DNA of 32,000 bases from positions 3,270,001 through 3,302,000 of the forward strand of contig NZ_LN831024.1 in the NCBI RefSeq assembly GCF_001457615.1. Reading direction: 5' to 3'. Shown in pieces: positions 1 to 8,634 of this stretch. How positions within the stretch are numbered: the stretch's first letter is position 1; the number at the start of each line of letters is the position of its first letter. The position numbers and the translations under genes were made by a program. This stretch comes from Pseudomonas aeruginosa (lineage in GTDB: Bacteria; Pseudomonadota; Gammaproteobacteria; Pseudomonadales; Pseudomonadaceae). The notes beneath the pieces were generated by a model, which was not told the origin of the DNA, made no database searches, and was given only the letters and a program-made list of their open reading frames with translations.

Positions 1-201
1 CCGCGCGTTCCGCAGCACAGCCAGGCCGGCGAGCGCCTGTGGAACAGCGCCGGGATCGGCCAGGTATTCATTGGCGAGGACGGCCGTCCGCGCGCGGTGT
101 TGCAGGTCAATGCCGATGGCTCGCCGGCGACCGCCTTCGAGCGACATCGCGACGTCGAAGACGAACGAGCGGACCAGTCGCCGGTCGCGCCGGGTCGCTG
201 A
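1..201 (+). CDS. 3' end of an unidentified protein-coding gene (partial; start lies left of the window)
   Basis: Frame +1 is open from base 1 and stops at TGA 199-201. The translation (...ERLWNSAGIGQVFIGEDGRPRAVLQVNADGSPATAFERHRDVEDERADQSPVAPGR*) has normal composition, and 54 of 66 codons end in G/C (hand count). The two track ORFs over this stretch (39..524, 71..430) are Arg/Pro/Ala-rich junk. It is absent from the ORF track because it has no start in the window. No family recognised. Confidence 0.5.
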   Translation, partial: PRVPQHSQAGERLWNSAGIGQVFIGEDGRPRAVLQVNADGSPATAFERHRDVEDERADQSPVAPGR

Positions 202-220
202 GACGCCAGAACAAGGGGGA

Positions 221-251
221 CGGGCGGACGCCGCGCCGCGTCATCCGCCCG
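221..251. terminator. GC-rich hairpin between convergent genes (candidate terminator)
   Basis: Inverted repeat cgggcgga (221-228) / tccgcccg (244-251) lies in the 57-nt gap between convergent stop codons at 201 and 259, followed by cccggtttc. There is no strong U-tract, so this is weak. Confidence 0.35.
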
Positions 252-258
252 CCCGGTT

Positions 259-555
259 TCAGAACGGCCGCTCCTGCACGTCCAGGGTCGCCGCCAGCGC
301 TTGCCAGAGCACCTCGGCGAAGACCCGCTGGGCGTCGCCGGACAGGTACGCCTGCATGGCCGCTTCATCGCTCCACTCGCTGTGCAACAGCCACAGGTCG
401 GCGTCCCCGTCCGCCTGGCGCAGTTCGTAGCGCAGGCAACCGGGTGCAGCCTGGCCCGCCTGCGCCAGCTCTTGCAGGCGCAGGCCGAGGCGGTGCGACT
501 GGCCGCTGCGGGCGCGAATGCTGACCAGGTGACTGGCCCGATTGAACGCTGGCAT
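259..555 (-). CDS. ABM (antibiotic biosynthesis monooxygenase, Dabb-fold) family small protein, 98 aa
   Basis: From ORF 259..666(-). The last 98 aa (MPAFNRASHLVSIRARSGQ...PGCLRYELRQADGDADLWLLHSEWSDEAAMQAYLSG...) fit the ABM-domain pattern. ATG at 553-555 has GAGGAGG ending 8 nt upstream. An alternative ATG at 664-666 (135 aa) also has GGAGG 8 nt upstream, so the start is unresolved. By position this is the gene divergent from cmrA (PA2048 as I recall the PAO1 map). Confidence 0.8.
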   Translation of the reverse strand: MPAFNRASHLVSIRARSGQSHRLGLRLQELAQAGQAAPGCLRYELRQADGDADLWLLHSEWSDEAAMQAYLSGDAQRVFAEVLWQALAATLDVQERPF

Positions 556-1136
556 GCTCTCTGCCTCCTCGACATGGATTCGCCGCTGCGCAAGCGGCAC
601 CAGGAGTGGAAGGGCCGGCGGCGCCGAGACGCCGGCCGGCCGCTGTGGGGTGTAAGGGTGACGCATGTGCCCTGCCTCCGATTACCAGTTGCCGGGATGG
701 GTCCGCGCCAGCGTGCCGCCCGCGGCTGGGCCGGCAGGCGAACGGGAAGGCGTGTCGGGGACCAGAGCGCCGTCGCGCGACCGCGAACGGGAGGCGCCCG
801 GCGCGCGCTCCGGCGGCACGCCGCCCGATGACAGTCTGGCCTGTTGATTTGACATAGGTGTGTCCCCCTGCAGGTATTTCCCATCGGCATGACGGAGATT
901 CCGCCATGCCAGCCAGATTAGGGGGACGGCGCGGGGAATCGGTAGACGGATACTGTCGGGTTCTTGCCTGAAACTGCCGCGTTCCGGTTTTTTCTCATCC
1001 GCTTGCGCCCGGTGAAACGAGCTGGCTTGCCTGTTCCTGGCGAATGCTTGCCTGATCCTGCCATCGCGCAGCGCGATGGATGCCTGTCGCCGCGACGCGC
1101 GCTAGTCTTGGGAAGGTTTCCCCCGCGAGTCCCCGC

Positions 1137-2069
1137 ATGAGCGAAAACACCCCGCTTCTTTCCGTCGATCTCCCCGCCGAATTGCGCCAGCGCCAGAGCG
1201 AACTGGCGCAGTCGCTGCTCAGGCATTGCCCCCGCGACGGTATCTACGGCACCGCCGTCGACCCCCTCGCCCTGATCCGCGCCGACGGCCCCACCCTGCC
1301 GGCGCGCGGCATGCACAAACCTGCCCTGTGCATCATCGCCCAGGGCCGCAAGGAGGTGCAGTTGGCCGAGGAACGCTATATCTACGATCCGTTGCACTAC
1401 CTGGTGGTCTCGGTCACCCTGCCGCTGGCCGGCCAGGTGATCGACGCCTCGCCGGACGCGCCCTACCTCTGCGTCCGGCTGGATATCGACCCGGCGGAAA
1501 TCACCCAGTTGATCTCCGACGCCGGGCCCATGGAAGTGGCCAGCCGGCGCGGCGACCGCGGCCTCTACGTCGACCGTATCGACGCCAGCCTGCTGGATGC
1601 GGTGCTGCGCCTGATCCATCTGCTGGACAGCCCGCGCGACATCCCGATGCTGGCGCCGCTGATCCTCCGCGAGATTTTCTACCGCCTGCTGCGCAGCGGC
1701 CAGGGCCAGCGCCTGCACGAGATCGCCATCGCCGACAGCCAGGCCCACCGCATCACCCGCGCCATCGACTGGATCAACCAGAACTACGGCAAGCCGCTGC
1801 GCATCGAGCAACTGGCCCAGGTGGTCAACCTCAGCCCCTCGACCCTGCACCACCGCTTCAAGGCCGTGACCGCGATGAGCCCGTTGCAGTACCAGAAGCA
1901 GCTGCGCTTGCAGGAAGCACGCCGGCTGATCTTCAGCGAGGGCCTGGAAGTGGCCGCCGCCGGCTACCGGGTCGGCTACGAAAGCCCGTCGCAGTTCAGC
2001 CGCGAGTACAGCCGGCTGTTCGGCGCCCCGCCGCTGCGCGACCTGGCGCGGGCGCGCAACACCGCCTAG
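1137..2069 (+). CDS. cmrA: AraC-family transcriptional regulator (N-terminal AraC-type sensor domain plus C-terminal double HTH), 310 aa
   Basis: From ORF 1080..2069(+), started at ATG 1137 (MSENTPLL...). The C-terminus carries the AraC signature (...LSPSTLHHRFKAVTAMSPLQYQKQLRLQEARRLI...GYESPSQFSREYSRLFGAPP). The symbol rests on my recollection that the AraC regulator at this position in PAO1 (PA2047) was named CmrA; it cannot be verified from the sequence alone. Confidence 0.85.
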   Translation: MSENTPLLSVDLPAELRQRQSELAQSLLRHCPRDGIYGTAVDPLALIRADGPTLPARGMHKPALCIIAQGRKEVQLAEERYIYDPLHYLVVSVTLPLAGQVIDASPDAPYLCVRLDIDPAEITQLISDAGPMEVASRRGDRGLYVDRIDASLLDAVLRLIHLLDSPRDIPMLAPLILREIFYRLLRSGQGQRLHEIAIADSQAHRITRAIDWINQNYGKPLRIEQLAQVVNLSPSTLHHRFKAVTAMSPLQYQKQLRLQEARRLIFSEGLEVAAAGYRVGYESPSQFSREYSRLFGAPPLRDLARARNTA

Positions 2070-2156
2070 GGGAACGCGGCAGCCGCCGCGACGGTCAATC
2101 GGGAAGCGGCGGGATACCTTCGTCGCCCCGACCGACCTTGCGCAACCGTACCCGCC

Positions 2157-3509
2157 ATGACCCGAGCCCTGCCCCTGCTCCTGCTTGCCCTGTCCCTTCC
2201 CGCCGCGGCGACGGACAGCGAGTCGTTCGCCCGCCGCTACCTGGCCTATGTCCATGCCGTCGGCCAGCACAGCGAACGACTCTGGCCCGGCTGGCGGATG
2301 GCCGACAAGGCCTTCCTCTACAGCGATGGCCGCAGTACCTGGGTCGCCGATGCCGAAGGCCGCGCGCAGCGCACCACGGTGGCGGGCGACAGCGACCCGG
2401 ATCTCGACCTGAGCTATGCCTTTCCGCGTTACCGGGGCCGTCCGGCGGTGCTGCTGCAGATCAGCGCCGCGCACCTGCGGAGCAATACCGGCAATAGCGA
2501 GACGCTGGCCGCCATCGGCCCGCACGAAGCCTTCCATCGCTACGCCCAGGAAGACTGGCCGGGCCTGCGCAAGCCCGGTGGCTATCGCGGCGACCTGGCC
2601 ACGCTCGCCCCGCGCCCGCGGGAATACCGCTATGCCCTGTTCCAGTCGCTGCTCCAGGCCCTGCGCACGCCCGGGCAGCGCGACAGCTACCTGAGCGACG
2701 CCCAGGGCTGGCTGCGCCGCTGGCGCGAAGCGGCTCCCGAGGAAAGCCGGCTGGCGGCGCAGGTCGATCTCAGCGAAGGCACCGCGCGCTACATCGAGAT
2801 GGCCGCCGCCGCGCGCTACCGCACCGATTTCGCCGAGGATCCGCAACGCTATCGGCAGGCGCTGCGGGAGTACGCCCTGGCCTTCTACGATGCCAACGAG
2901 ATCGGCGTCGGCGTCGACAGCGAAGCCTACGAGATCGGCGCGCTGGCCGGAGTGCTGCTGGACCTGCGCGACGACGGGGACTGGAAGGAAGCCGCGACGG
3001 CCGGCACCTGGCCGCTGGACTACCTGCTGCGCGACCAGCCTCCGGCCTGGAGCGAACTCCCCGACGACGCGCGGGCGCGCGGCGAGCGCTACCGGCGCGA
3101 GATGGGCGCCACCCGCCAGCGCCTGGTCGAGTTGCAGGAGGCCTTCGCCGACCCACGGCGACCGCTGCTGGTGATCCCGCAACCGCGCCGCACCATCGGC
3201 TTCGCCACGGCGGCCAGCGAGGTGCGCGGGGGCTTCTACGTCCTTACCGACGGGCCGTTTCGCCAGGCCTACCTCGGCGCGCGCTGGAATGTCGGCGAGC
3301 TGACCCTGGACGGCGTCGACTACCTGGAGGGCGACGCCGAGGCGTACTGCCCGGGCTACGGCCGTTCGGCACTGATTCCATTGCGCGGAGGCGCTTGGCG
3401 CGAGGGCACGCTGGCGCCGGAAGAACCCGGCCTGCGCGGCCGCCTGGCGACTGCTCGCAGCCTCGTCGACGGGCGGACCCTCTATTGCGCGGCGGAGAAT
3501 GCTCCTTGA
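2157..3509 (+). CDS. Exported hypothetical protein with HExxH motif (candidate zinc metallopeptidase), 450 aa
   Basis: ORF 2157..3509(+). N-terminus [20 protein letters not shown] looks like a Sec signal peptide. HEAFH at aa 123-127 (nt 2523-2537). Composition is normal and codon position 3 is strongly G/C, as in the flanking genes. No named family recognised. Confidence 0.8.
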   Translation: MTRALPLLLLALSLPAAATDSESFARRYLAYVHAVGQHSERLWPGWRMADKAFLYSDGRSTWVADAEGRAQRTTVAGDSDPDLDLSYAFPRYRGRPAVLLQISAAHLRSNTGNSETLAAIGPHEAFHRYAQEDWPGLRKPGGYRGDLATLAPRPREYRYALFQSLLQALRTPGQRDSYLSDAQGWLRRWREAAPEESRLAAQVDLSEGTARYIEMAAAARYRTDFAEDPQRYRQALREYALAFYDANEIGVGVDSEAYEIGALAGVLLDLRDDGDWKEAATAGTWPLDYLLRDQPPAWSELPDDARARGERYRREMGATRQRLVELQEAFADPRRPLLVIPQPRRTIGFATAASEVRGGFYVLTDGPFRQAYLGARWNVGELTLDGVDYLEGDAEAYCPGYGRSALIPLRGGAWREGTLAPEEPGLRGRLATARSLVDGRTLYCAAENAP

Positions 3510-3567
3510 GGACCGACAACGGCGCTACAATGCCCGCTCGCCGCCGCAACCCCGCCGAGGGCTCGCC

Positions 3568-3828
3568 ATGAAGTTCCTGCTGATCGGGCTGATCCGCTTC
3601 TACCAGTACGCAATCAGCCCGCTGATCGGTCCCCGCTGCCGCTTCTACCCCAGTTGCTCGCACTACACCCTGGAAGCCATCCGCGTACATGGCGCGCTGC
3701 GAGGCGGCTACCTCGGCGCGCGCCGGCTGCTGCGCTGCCACCCCTGGCACCCGGGCGGCTACGACCCGGTTCCGGAGCGCCAGGAACAGGCGTGCGCCTG
3801 CCACAGAACGGCGAAGCCCGGCGAATGA
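3568..3828 (+). CDS. YidD-family (DUF37) membrane protein insertion efficiency factor-like protein, 86 aa
   Basis: Internal ATG 3568 of ORF 3499..3828(+). [69 protein letters not shown] carries the conserved YidD motifs (YQ..ISP..G..CRF.PSCS.Y..EA...G; CHP.HPGG.DPVP). Confidence 0.88.
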   Translation: MKFLLIGLIRFYQYAISPLIGPRCRFYPSCSHYTLEAIRVHGALRGGYLGARRLLRCHPWHPGGYDPVPERQEQACACHRTAKPGE

Positions 3829-4001
3829 AGCCGGCGAAAAGATCGCAACGGCGACATCCCGCACATAACCGGACCCGCCGGTCGACATGCGGAATTGATA
3901 AAACCTATCATTCAGGGTCCATCTCCCCGGCTATCGCCCGGCGCCCCTTGCGCCCGACTACGCCGGGGAGTTCCGCTCAAACGTTTCATCCTGAGGCTCC
4001 G

Positions 4002-5876
4002 ATGCCCCGTCATCCCTTCTCCCCTTCCTTCCTCGCCGCCAGCGTCTTCTGCGCCGCCACCCCGGCCCTCGCCGCGCTGCAACCGATCGCCGAGGCGCCG
4101 CTGGCCGGCGAAACCGAGTTCCGCTGCCAGTTCAACGCCGACAACAGCACCGATTGCGTGAGCACCTACAGCTTCACCATCCTCAAGCCGAGCGGCCGCG
4201 AGATGCTCTCGCGCATCGATCGCAGCTACGCGGAGACCGACAGCCTGATCGTGGAGAAGGCCGAGCTGACCCAGCCCGGCGGCAAGCCGGTGCCGCTGGA
4301 CCAGTCGCAGATCGATACGCGCACCGCGCCGAACCCGGACCAGGGCTTCCTGCGCGAACGCCAGACCTCCCTGGCGTTCCCCAACCTGCGCGTCGGCACC
4401 CGCATCAGCTACACCCTGCGCGAGCACTTCACCGCCAAGCCGCTGAGCACCCAGTTCCACTACATTCTCAGCCGCCCGCCGATGCCGGTGCGCGACGACC
4501 GCTTCGTCGCCGAGTTCAAGGCCGAGCGGCCGATCTTCGTGCGCAGCGAGCTGATGGACGCCTATCGCATCGAACAGAGCGCCGACAAGAAGACCCTCAA
4601 GGTCAGCCTGAAAAAGCCGCAATACACCAACTACATCAACGAAGCCGGCAACGCCTACCTGCGCCATACCCCGCGCCTGGAGCTGGGCAGTTCGCTGGAC
4701 CTGCAGGACAACTTCGGCCCGTTCGCCGCGCGCTACAACGAGATCCTCGCCGCGGAGCTGCCCAAGGGCGCCGCGGCGGCCGTCGCCGCGGTGAAGGGCA
4801 AGCCGGCCCGCGAGCAGGTCGCCGGCCTGATGCAGTACATCAACGACACCTACCGCTACCTGGGCGACTGGCGCGCCAGCGAGCGCGGCTACGTGCCCTT
4901 CTCCCTGGCGGAGATCGAGCGCAATGGCTACGGCGACTGCAAGGACCTGGCGATCCTCCTCGCCGCCATGCTCAAGGCCGCCGGGATCAAGGCCGAACCG
5001 ACCCTGGTCAGCCGCGGCGACGTGGTCTGGGACCTGCTGGTGCCCGGCATGTACGCGCCGAACCATGCCATCGTCCGCGCCGAGGTGGACGGCAAGACCT
5101 GGTGGCTGGACCCGACCAACCCGGTGTTCGCTCCCGGCCGCATCATGCCCGACATCCAGCAGCGCTGGGCGCTGGTGCTGGGCGCCGACGGCAAGGTGCG
5201 GCGCGACGAGATTCCCCTGGAAGCGCCCGGCGACACCCTGCGCGTGACCCGCAGCGAGCATTACACCCATGACGGCGAAGCCCGGGTCGAGTCGCGCGTG
5301 GAGCTTTCCAACGCGCCGCTGATGCAGCTCAGCGTCGCCGATCGCCAGCGCGGCCGCACCAGCACCGACCAGGACCTGTGCCGCAACTTCGCCAAGGAAG
5401 GCAGCGACTGCGTGCTGGAGCGCGACGACAGCCAGTTCGTGCTGCCGCCCAGCTATACGATCAGTGCCAGGCTTACCGACCGCCGCGCCCTCGACCGGCT
5501 CGGCGGAGAGTATTTCTACAACCGCCAGGACCTGGCCAGCCAGTGGGATGCCTTCGCCAAGTACCGTAGCGAAGGCCAGTTGGCCGAGCTGTACCTGGGC
5601 GAACCGCAGATCACGTCCTACGACATCAGCCTGTCCGGCGGCAAGACTGACGAGCCGGCGCACAGTTGCGAGATCCGCAGTCCCTGGTTCGACATCGACC
5701 TGCAGGCCGAACCGGCCAAGGATGGCGGCTACCACTATCGTTATCGGGAAGTGCAGAAGACCAGTTGGCTCAACCACGACGAGATCAACAGCGCCGAGTT
5801 CGGCAAGCTGATCGAGCAGAGCCGCGGTTGCGTCGAGCAACTGCGCCTGGTGGTCAAGCTGGACAAGCGTCCCTGA
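4002..5876 (+). CDS. Exported DUF3857 / transglutaminase-like (papain-fold Cys-His-Asp) domain protein, 624 aa
   Basis: From ORF 3654..5876(+). The first 116 codons are Arg/Pro-rich read-through. I start it at ATG 4002 (MPRHPFSPSFLAASVFCAATPALAALQP, signal-like). The transglutaminase core is ...ERNGYGDCKDLAILLAAMLKAAGIKAE...APNHAIVRAEVDGKTWWLDPTNP (Cys313 codon at 4938-4940). The N-terminal ~300 aa resemble DUF3857. Confidence 0.85.
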   Translation: MPRHPFSPSFLAASVFCAATPALAALQPIAEAPLAGETEFRCQFNADNSTDCVSTYSFTILKPSGREMLSRIDRSYAETDSLIVEKAELTQPGGKPVPLDQSQIDTRTAPNPDQGFLRERQTSLAFPNLRVGTRISYTLREHFTAKPLSTQFHYILSRPPMPVRDDRFVAEFKAERPIFVRSELMDAYRIEQSADKKTLKVSLKKPQYTNYINEAGNAYLRHTPRLELGSSLDLQDNFGPFAARYNEILAAELPKGAAAAVAAVKGKPAREQVAGLMQYINDTYRYLGDWRASERGYVPFSLAEIERNGYGDCKDLAILLAAMLKAAGIKAEPTLVSRGDVVWDLLVPGMYAPNHAIVRAEVDGKTWWLDPTNPVFAPGRIMPDIQQRWALVLGADGKVRRDEIPLEAPGDTLRVTRSEHYTHDGEARVESRVELSNAPLMQLSVADRQRGRTSTDQDLCRNFAKEGSDCVLERDDSQFVLPPSYTISARLTDRRALDRLGGEYFYNRQDLASQWDAFAKYRSEGQLAELYLGEPQITSYDISLSGGKTDEPAHSCEIRSPWFDIDLQAEPAKDGGYHYRYREVQKTSWLNHDEINSAEFGKLIEQSRGCVEQLRLVVKLDKRP

Positions 5877-5882
5877 GCGACC

Positions 5883-5904
5883 CGCGCCCGCTCCGGCGGG
5901 CGCG
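5883..5904 (+). terminator. GC-rich hairpin just after the transglutaminase-like gene
   Basis: cgcgcccgc (5883-5891) / loop tccg / gcgggcgcg (5896-5904), starting 7 nt after the stop codon. No U-tract follows. Confidence 0.4.
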
Positions 5905-5930
5905 TCCAGCCGCACCAGCGGGCGATCCTT

Positions 5931-6014
5931 CTACTCGCCCGCGCAGCCCTCCAGGCCGAGCGCCTGTTCATAGAAACGCGCCATGCGCTCCGGGTCGGCG
6001 ACGTACGCCAGCAT
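5931..6014 (-). pseudogene. Possible remnant of a VOC/glyoxalase-family gene (27-codon fragment)
   Basis: It begins 20 nt downstream of the pseudouridine synthase stop on the minus strand. MLAYVADPERMARFYEQALGLEGCAGE* resembles the first beta-alpha unit of VOC proteins (V.D.e....FY...LGl) and then terminates. This rests only on a short motif resemblance. Confidence 0.25.
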
Positions 6015-6034
6015 TCCGCTGGCGAGCCTGTCGC

Positions 6035-6937
6035 CTACACCTGCCAATCGAGCCGCAGCCCGGATTCGAACGTACGCCTCTCCCCGCTCAGCGGGTCGTC
6101 GAAGCGCAGCCCCCTGGCCAGCAGCTTGAGCGGCCGCAGGTAGTCGTCGGGGCTGCCCTCGGCGTCCAGCAGCTCGGGATAGAACCCATCGTTCTGGATA
6201 CCCGCGCCGAGTGCCGCAAGGTGCACGCGCAGCTGGTGCTTCTTGCCGGTCACCGGATACAGCCGGTAGCGCCACCAGCGGCCGTTGCGCTCGACGACCT
6301 CGATGCGCGTCTCGCTGTTCGGCTCGCCCTCGCCTTCGCGCATGCGGAAGAACGGCTCGCCGGGCACCAGGCGGGTCCTGCGCAGCAACGGGAAGTCCAG
6401 TTGCGGCAAGGCCGGAGCGATCGCTTCGTAGCACTTGTCGATGCGCCGCTCGCGGAACAGCGCCTGGTAGCGCCCGCGGCTGCCGGGATTGGTCGAGAAC
6501 AGCACCAGCCCGGCGGTATGCCGGTCGATCCGGTGCAGCGGCACCAGGTCGCGATTGCCGGTGCTGCGGGCCAGCCGCGCCAGGAGCGTCTGCTCGACGT
6601 AGCCGCCGGCCGGCATCACCGGCAGGAAGTGCGGCTTGTCCGCCACCAGCAGATGCTCGTCGCGGTACAGGATGCGCGCCTCGAAAGGAATCGGTGCCTC
6701 CACCGGCAACTCGCGGAAGTAGTGCACACGCAGGCCTTCGCGATATGCCGCCTGCGGGCCCAGCGCACGCCCCTCGGCGTCCAGCACCCGGCCCCGCTGC
6801 ATGCGCGCCAGCCAGGTGTCACGGTCGATGGCCGGGAAACGCGCGCAGAGACAGTCGAGCACGGTGCTCCAGGGACCGGCCGGCAGATGCAGGGTGCTGG
6901 CGCGGAGACTGGCATCGGGCAAGGAAGGAGACGACAT
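6035..6937 (-). CDS. RluA-family pseudouridine synthase, 300 aa
   Basis: ORF 6035..6937(-), with ATG confirmed at 6935-6937. Catalytic motif HRIDRHTAGLVLFS and ...YLVADKP-type upstream block (EHLLVADKPHFLPV). Confidence 0.9.
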   Translation of the reverse strand: MSSPSLPDASLRASTLHLPAGPWSTVLDCLCARFPAIDRDTWLARMQRGRVLDAEGRALGPQAAYREGLRVHYFRELPVEAPIPFEARILYRDEHLLVADKPHFLPVMPAGGYVEQTLLARLARSTGNRDLVPLHRIDRHTAGLVLFSTNPGSRGRYQALFRERRIDKCYEAIAPALPQLDFPLLRRTRLVPGEPFFRMREGEGEPNSETRIEVVERNGRWWRYRLYPVTGKKHQLRVHLAALGAGIQNDGFYPELLDAEGSPDDYLRPLKLLARGLRFDDPLSGERRTFESGLRLDWQV

Positions 6938-7011
6938 GCGGCAACTCGGGAAGGACGGGCGACCATTAGGCCGCAGCGCGGCGCACAGGTCAAAGCACGC
7001 CGGGGCGAAAC

Positions 7012-7039
7012 GAAGAAACCGCCCGAAGGCGGTTTCTTC
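7012..7039 (-). terminator. Rho-independent-type terminator downstream of sstT
   Basis: Perfect 12-bp stem gaagaaaccgcc (7012-7023) / ggcggtttcttc (7028-7039) with a 4-nt loop, 19 nt after the sstT stop. On the minus strand it is followed by GTTTC. Confidence 0.6.
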
Positions 7040-7057
7040 CGTGACCCAGGGATCGAA

Positions 7058-8287
7058 TCAGGCGGCGCTCGCCTTGCGCTCTTCCGCCTCGCAGGCGGCT
7101 GCGGTGAACAGCACGTCGGTCGAGGAGTTCAGCGCGGTCTCCGCGGAGTCCTGGAGGATCGCGATGATGAAGCCTACCGCCACCACCTGCATCGCCACCT
7201 CGCTGGGAATCCCGAACAGGCTGCAGGCCAGCGGGATCAGCAGCAGCGAACCGCCGGCCACGCCGGACGCGCCGCAGGCGCAGATCGACGCCACCACGCT
7301 GAGCAGGATCGCGGTCGGTACGTCCACGGCGATGCCCAGGGTATGCACCGCTGCCAGGGTCAGCACGGTGATGGTGATCGCCGCGCCAGCCATGTTGATG
7401 GTCGCGCCCAGCGGGATCGATACCGAATAGGTGTCTTCGTGCAGGCCCAGGCGCTCGCAGAGCTGCAGGTTGACCGGGATATTGGCTGCCGAGCTGCGGG
7501 TGAAGAACGCGGTCATGCCGCTTTCGCGCAGGCAGGTCAGCACCAGCGGATAGGGATTGCGGCGGATCTTCAGGAACACGATCAGCGGGTTGACCACGAA
7601 GGCCACGAACAGCATGCAGCCGAGCAACACCACCAGCAGGTGGGCATAGCCTTTCAGGGCCTCGACGCCGGACTCGGCGAAGGTCGAGGCGACCAGGCCG
7701 AAGATGCCCAGCGGGGCGAAGCGAATCACCACCTTGACGATCAGCGAGACGCCGTTGGACAGCTCGGAGAGCAGGTTGCGGGTGGTATCGCTGGCGTGGC
7801 GGAAAGCGATGCCGAGGCCGATGGCCCAGGCCAGGATGCCGATGAAGTTGGCCGAGATCAGGGCGTTGACCGGGTTGTCCACCACGCTCAGCAGCAGGGA
7901 CTGGAGCACCTCGGCGATGCCGCCCGGAGGCGACATCTCGCCCGGATGGCTGGCCAGCACCAGGCTCGAGGGGAAGGCGAAGCTGGCGATCACCGCCACC
8001 ACCGCGGCGCTGAAGGTGCCGACCAGGTACAGCAGCAGGATCGGCCGGATATGGGTCTGCTGGCCTTGCCTGTGGTTGGCGATGGATGCCATCACCAGGA
8101 CGAACACCAGTACCGGCGCGACGGCCTTCAGCGCGGAAACGAAGACCTTGCCGATGAAGCCGACCTTGAGCGCGGCGGCCGGGAAGAAGCTGGCGAGCAG
8201 CAGGCCGGCGATCAGGCCGACGATGATCTGGCCCACCAGGCTGGTACGCGTCAGCAGATGAAGCAGGGGACGTTCAGGGTATGTCAT
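7058..8287 (-). CDS. sstT: Serine/threonine:sodium symporter SstT (DAACS family), 409 aa
   Basis: ORF 7058..8287(-), ATG at 8285-8287. Full-length polytopic membrane protein ([32 protein letters not shown]...[21 protein letters not shown]...) matching SstT. Confidence 0.92.
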   Translation of the reverse strand: MTYPERPLLHLLTRTSLVGQIIVGLIAGLLLASFFPAAALKVGFIGKVFVSALKAVAPVLVFVLVMASIANHRQGQQTHIRPILLLYLVGTFSAAVVAVIASFAFPSSLVLASHPGEMSPPGGIAEVLQSLLLSVVDNPVNALISANFIGILAWAIGLGIAFRHASDTTRNLLSELSNGVSLIVKVVIRFAPLGIFGLVASTFAESGVEALKGYAHLLVVLLGCMLFVAFVVNPLIVFLKIRRNPYPLVLTCLRESGMTAFFTRSSAANIPVNLQLCERLGLHEDTYSVSIPLGATINMAGAAITITVLTLAAVHTLGIAVDVPTAILLSVVASICACGASGVAGGSLLLIPLACSLFGIPSEVAMQVVAVGFIIAILQDSAETALNSSTDVLFTAAACEAEERKASAA

Positions 8288-8634
8288 GCAGATTTCTACT
8301 CTTATAGGTGTGTCGAAGGCCGGCCCAGGCAGCTTCCATGCCGAACGACCCTGTGCCGTTCCGCCCCCGCGAAGGGATGGTTCGAGCGAGCCGGGTAGTC
8401 TAGGGAAGGACGCGCAGCACCACAGGAAACACCGACCAGCGGATACCGGGCTCCCCCGCCACGGCCATCGAACCGGATCGGGACGGCGTGGATTCTAGCC
8501 GTGTCTGCGCTTTTTGGGGGCGTCCAATTCTGTCTGGATTCGGACATGTCGTCGCAGGCGCATTGCCAGCCGGGAGGCCGGAAACCCCTGTGAAAAGGAG
8601 GAAAAACGCGAAATTCGCTGTCTGCAGATAGCCA

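Noticed and set aside
854-864. 11-mer ATAGGTGTGTC repeated at 854-864 and 8304-8314, both near minus-strand start codons
   Set aside because: Exact 11-mer repeats are expected by chance many times in 32 kb on two strands. The distance to the start codon differs between the two copies (overlapping versus 17 nt).
918-3182. 754-aa ORF on the minus strand
   Set aside because: It is antisense to cmrA and the HExxH gene, both of which have recognisable features. Its translation is Ala/Arg/Gly/Pro-rich with no domain. This is a typical stop-free antisense frame in a ~66% GC genome.
3654-4001. N-terminal extensions suggested by the track (3654 for the transglutaminase-like gene; likewise 11947 for azlC, 17566 for the methyltransferase, 19579 for the Zn-ribbon ORF, 20804 for the wHTH ORF)
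   Set aside because: The extensions are Arg/Pro-rich, overlap upstream genes or terminators, and lack an RBS. Internal ATGs with signal peptides, an RBS or stop-start overlap give family-typical lengths.
3912-5915. 667-aa ORF on the minus strand
   Set aside because: It is antisense to the transglutaminase-like gene, with low-complexity Ala/Gly/Arg/Val composition and no motif.
5666-8398. 910-aa ORF on the plus strand, the longest in the track
   Set aside because: It runs through a terminator hairpin and is antisense to both the pseudouridine synthase and sstT. The translation is Arg/Gly/Ala/Gln-rich junk. The two minus-strand genes have clear family signatures.
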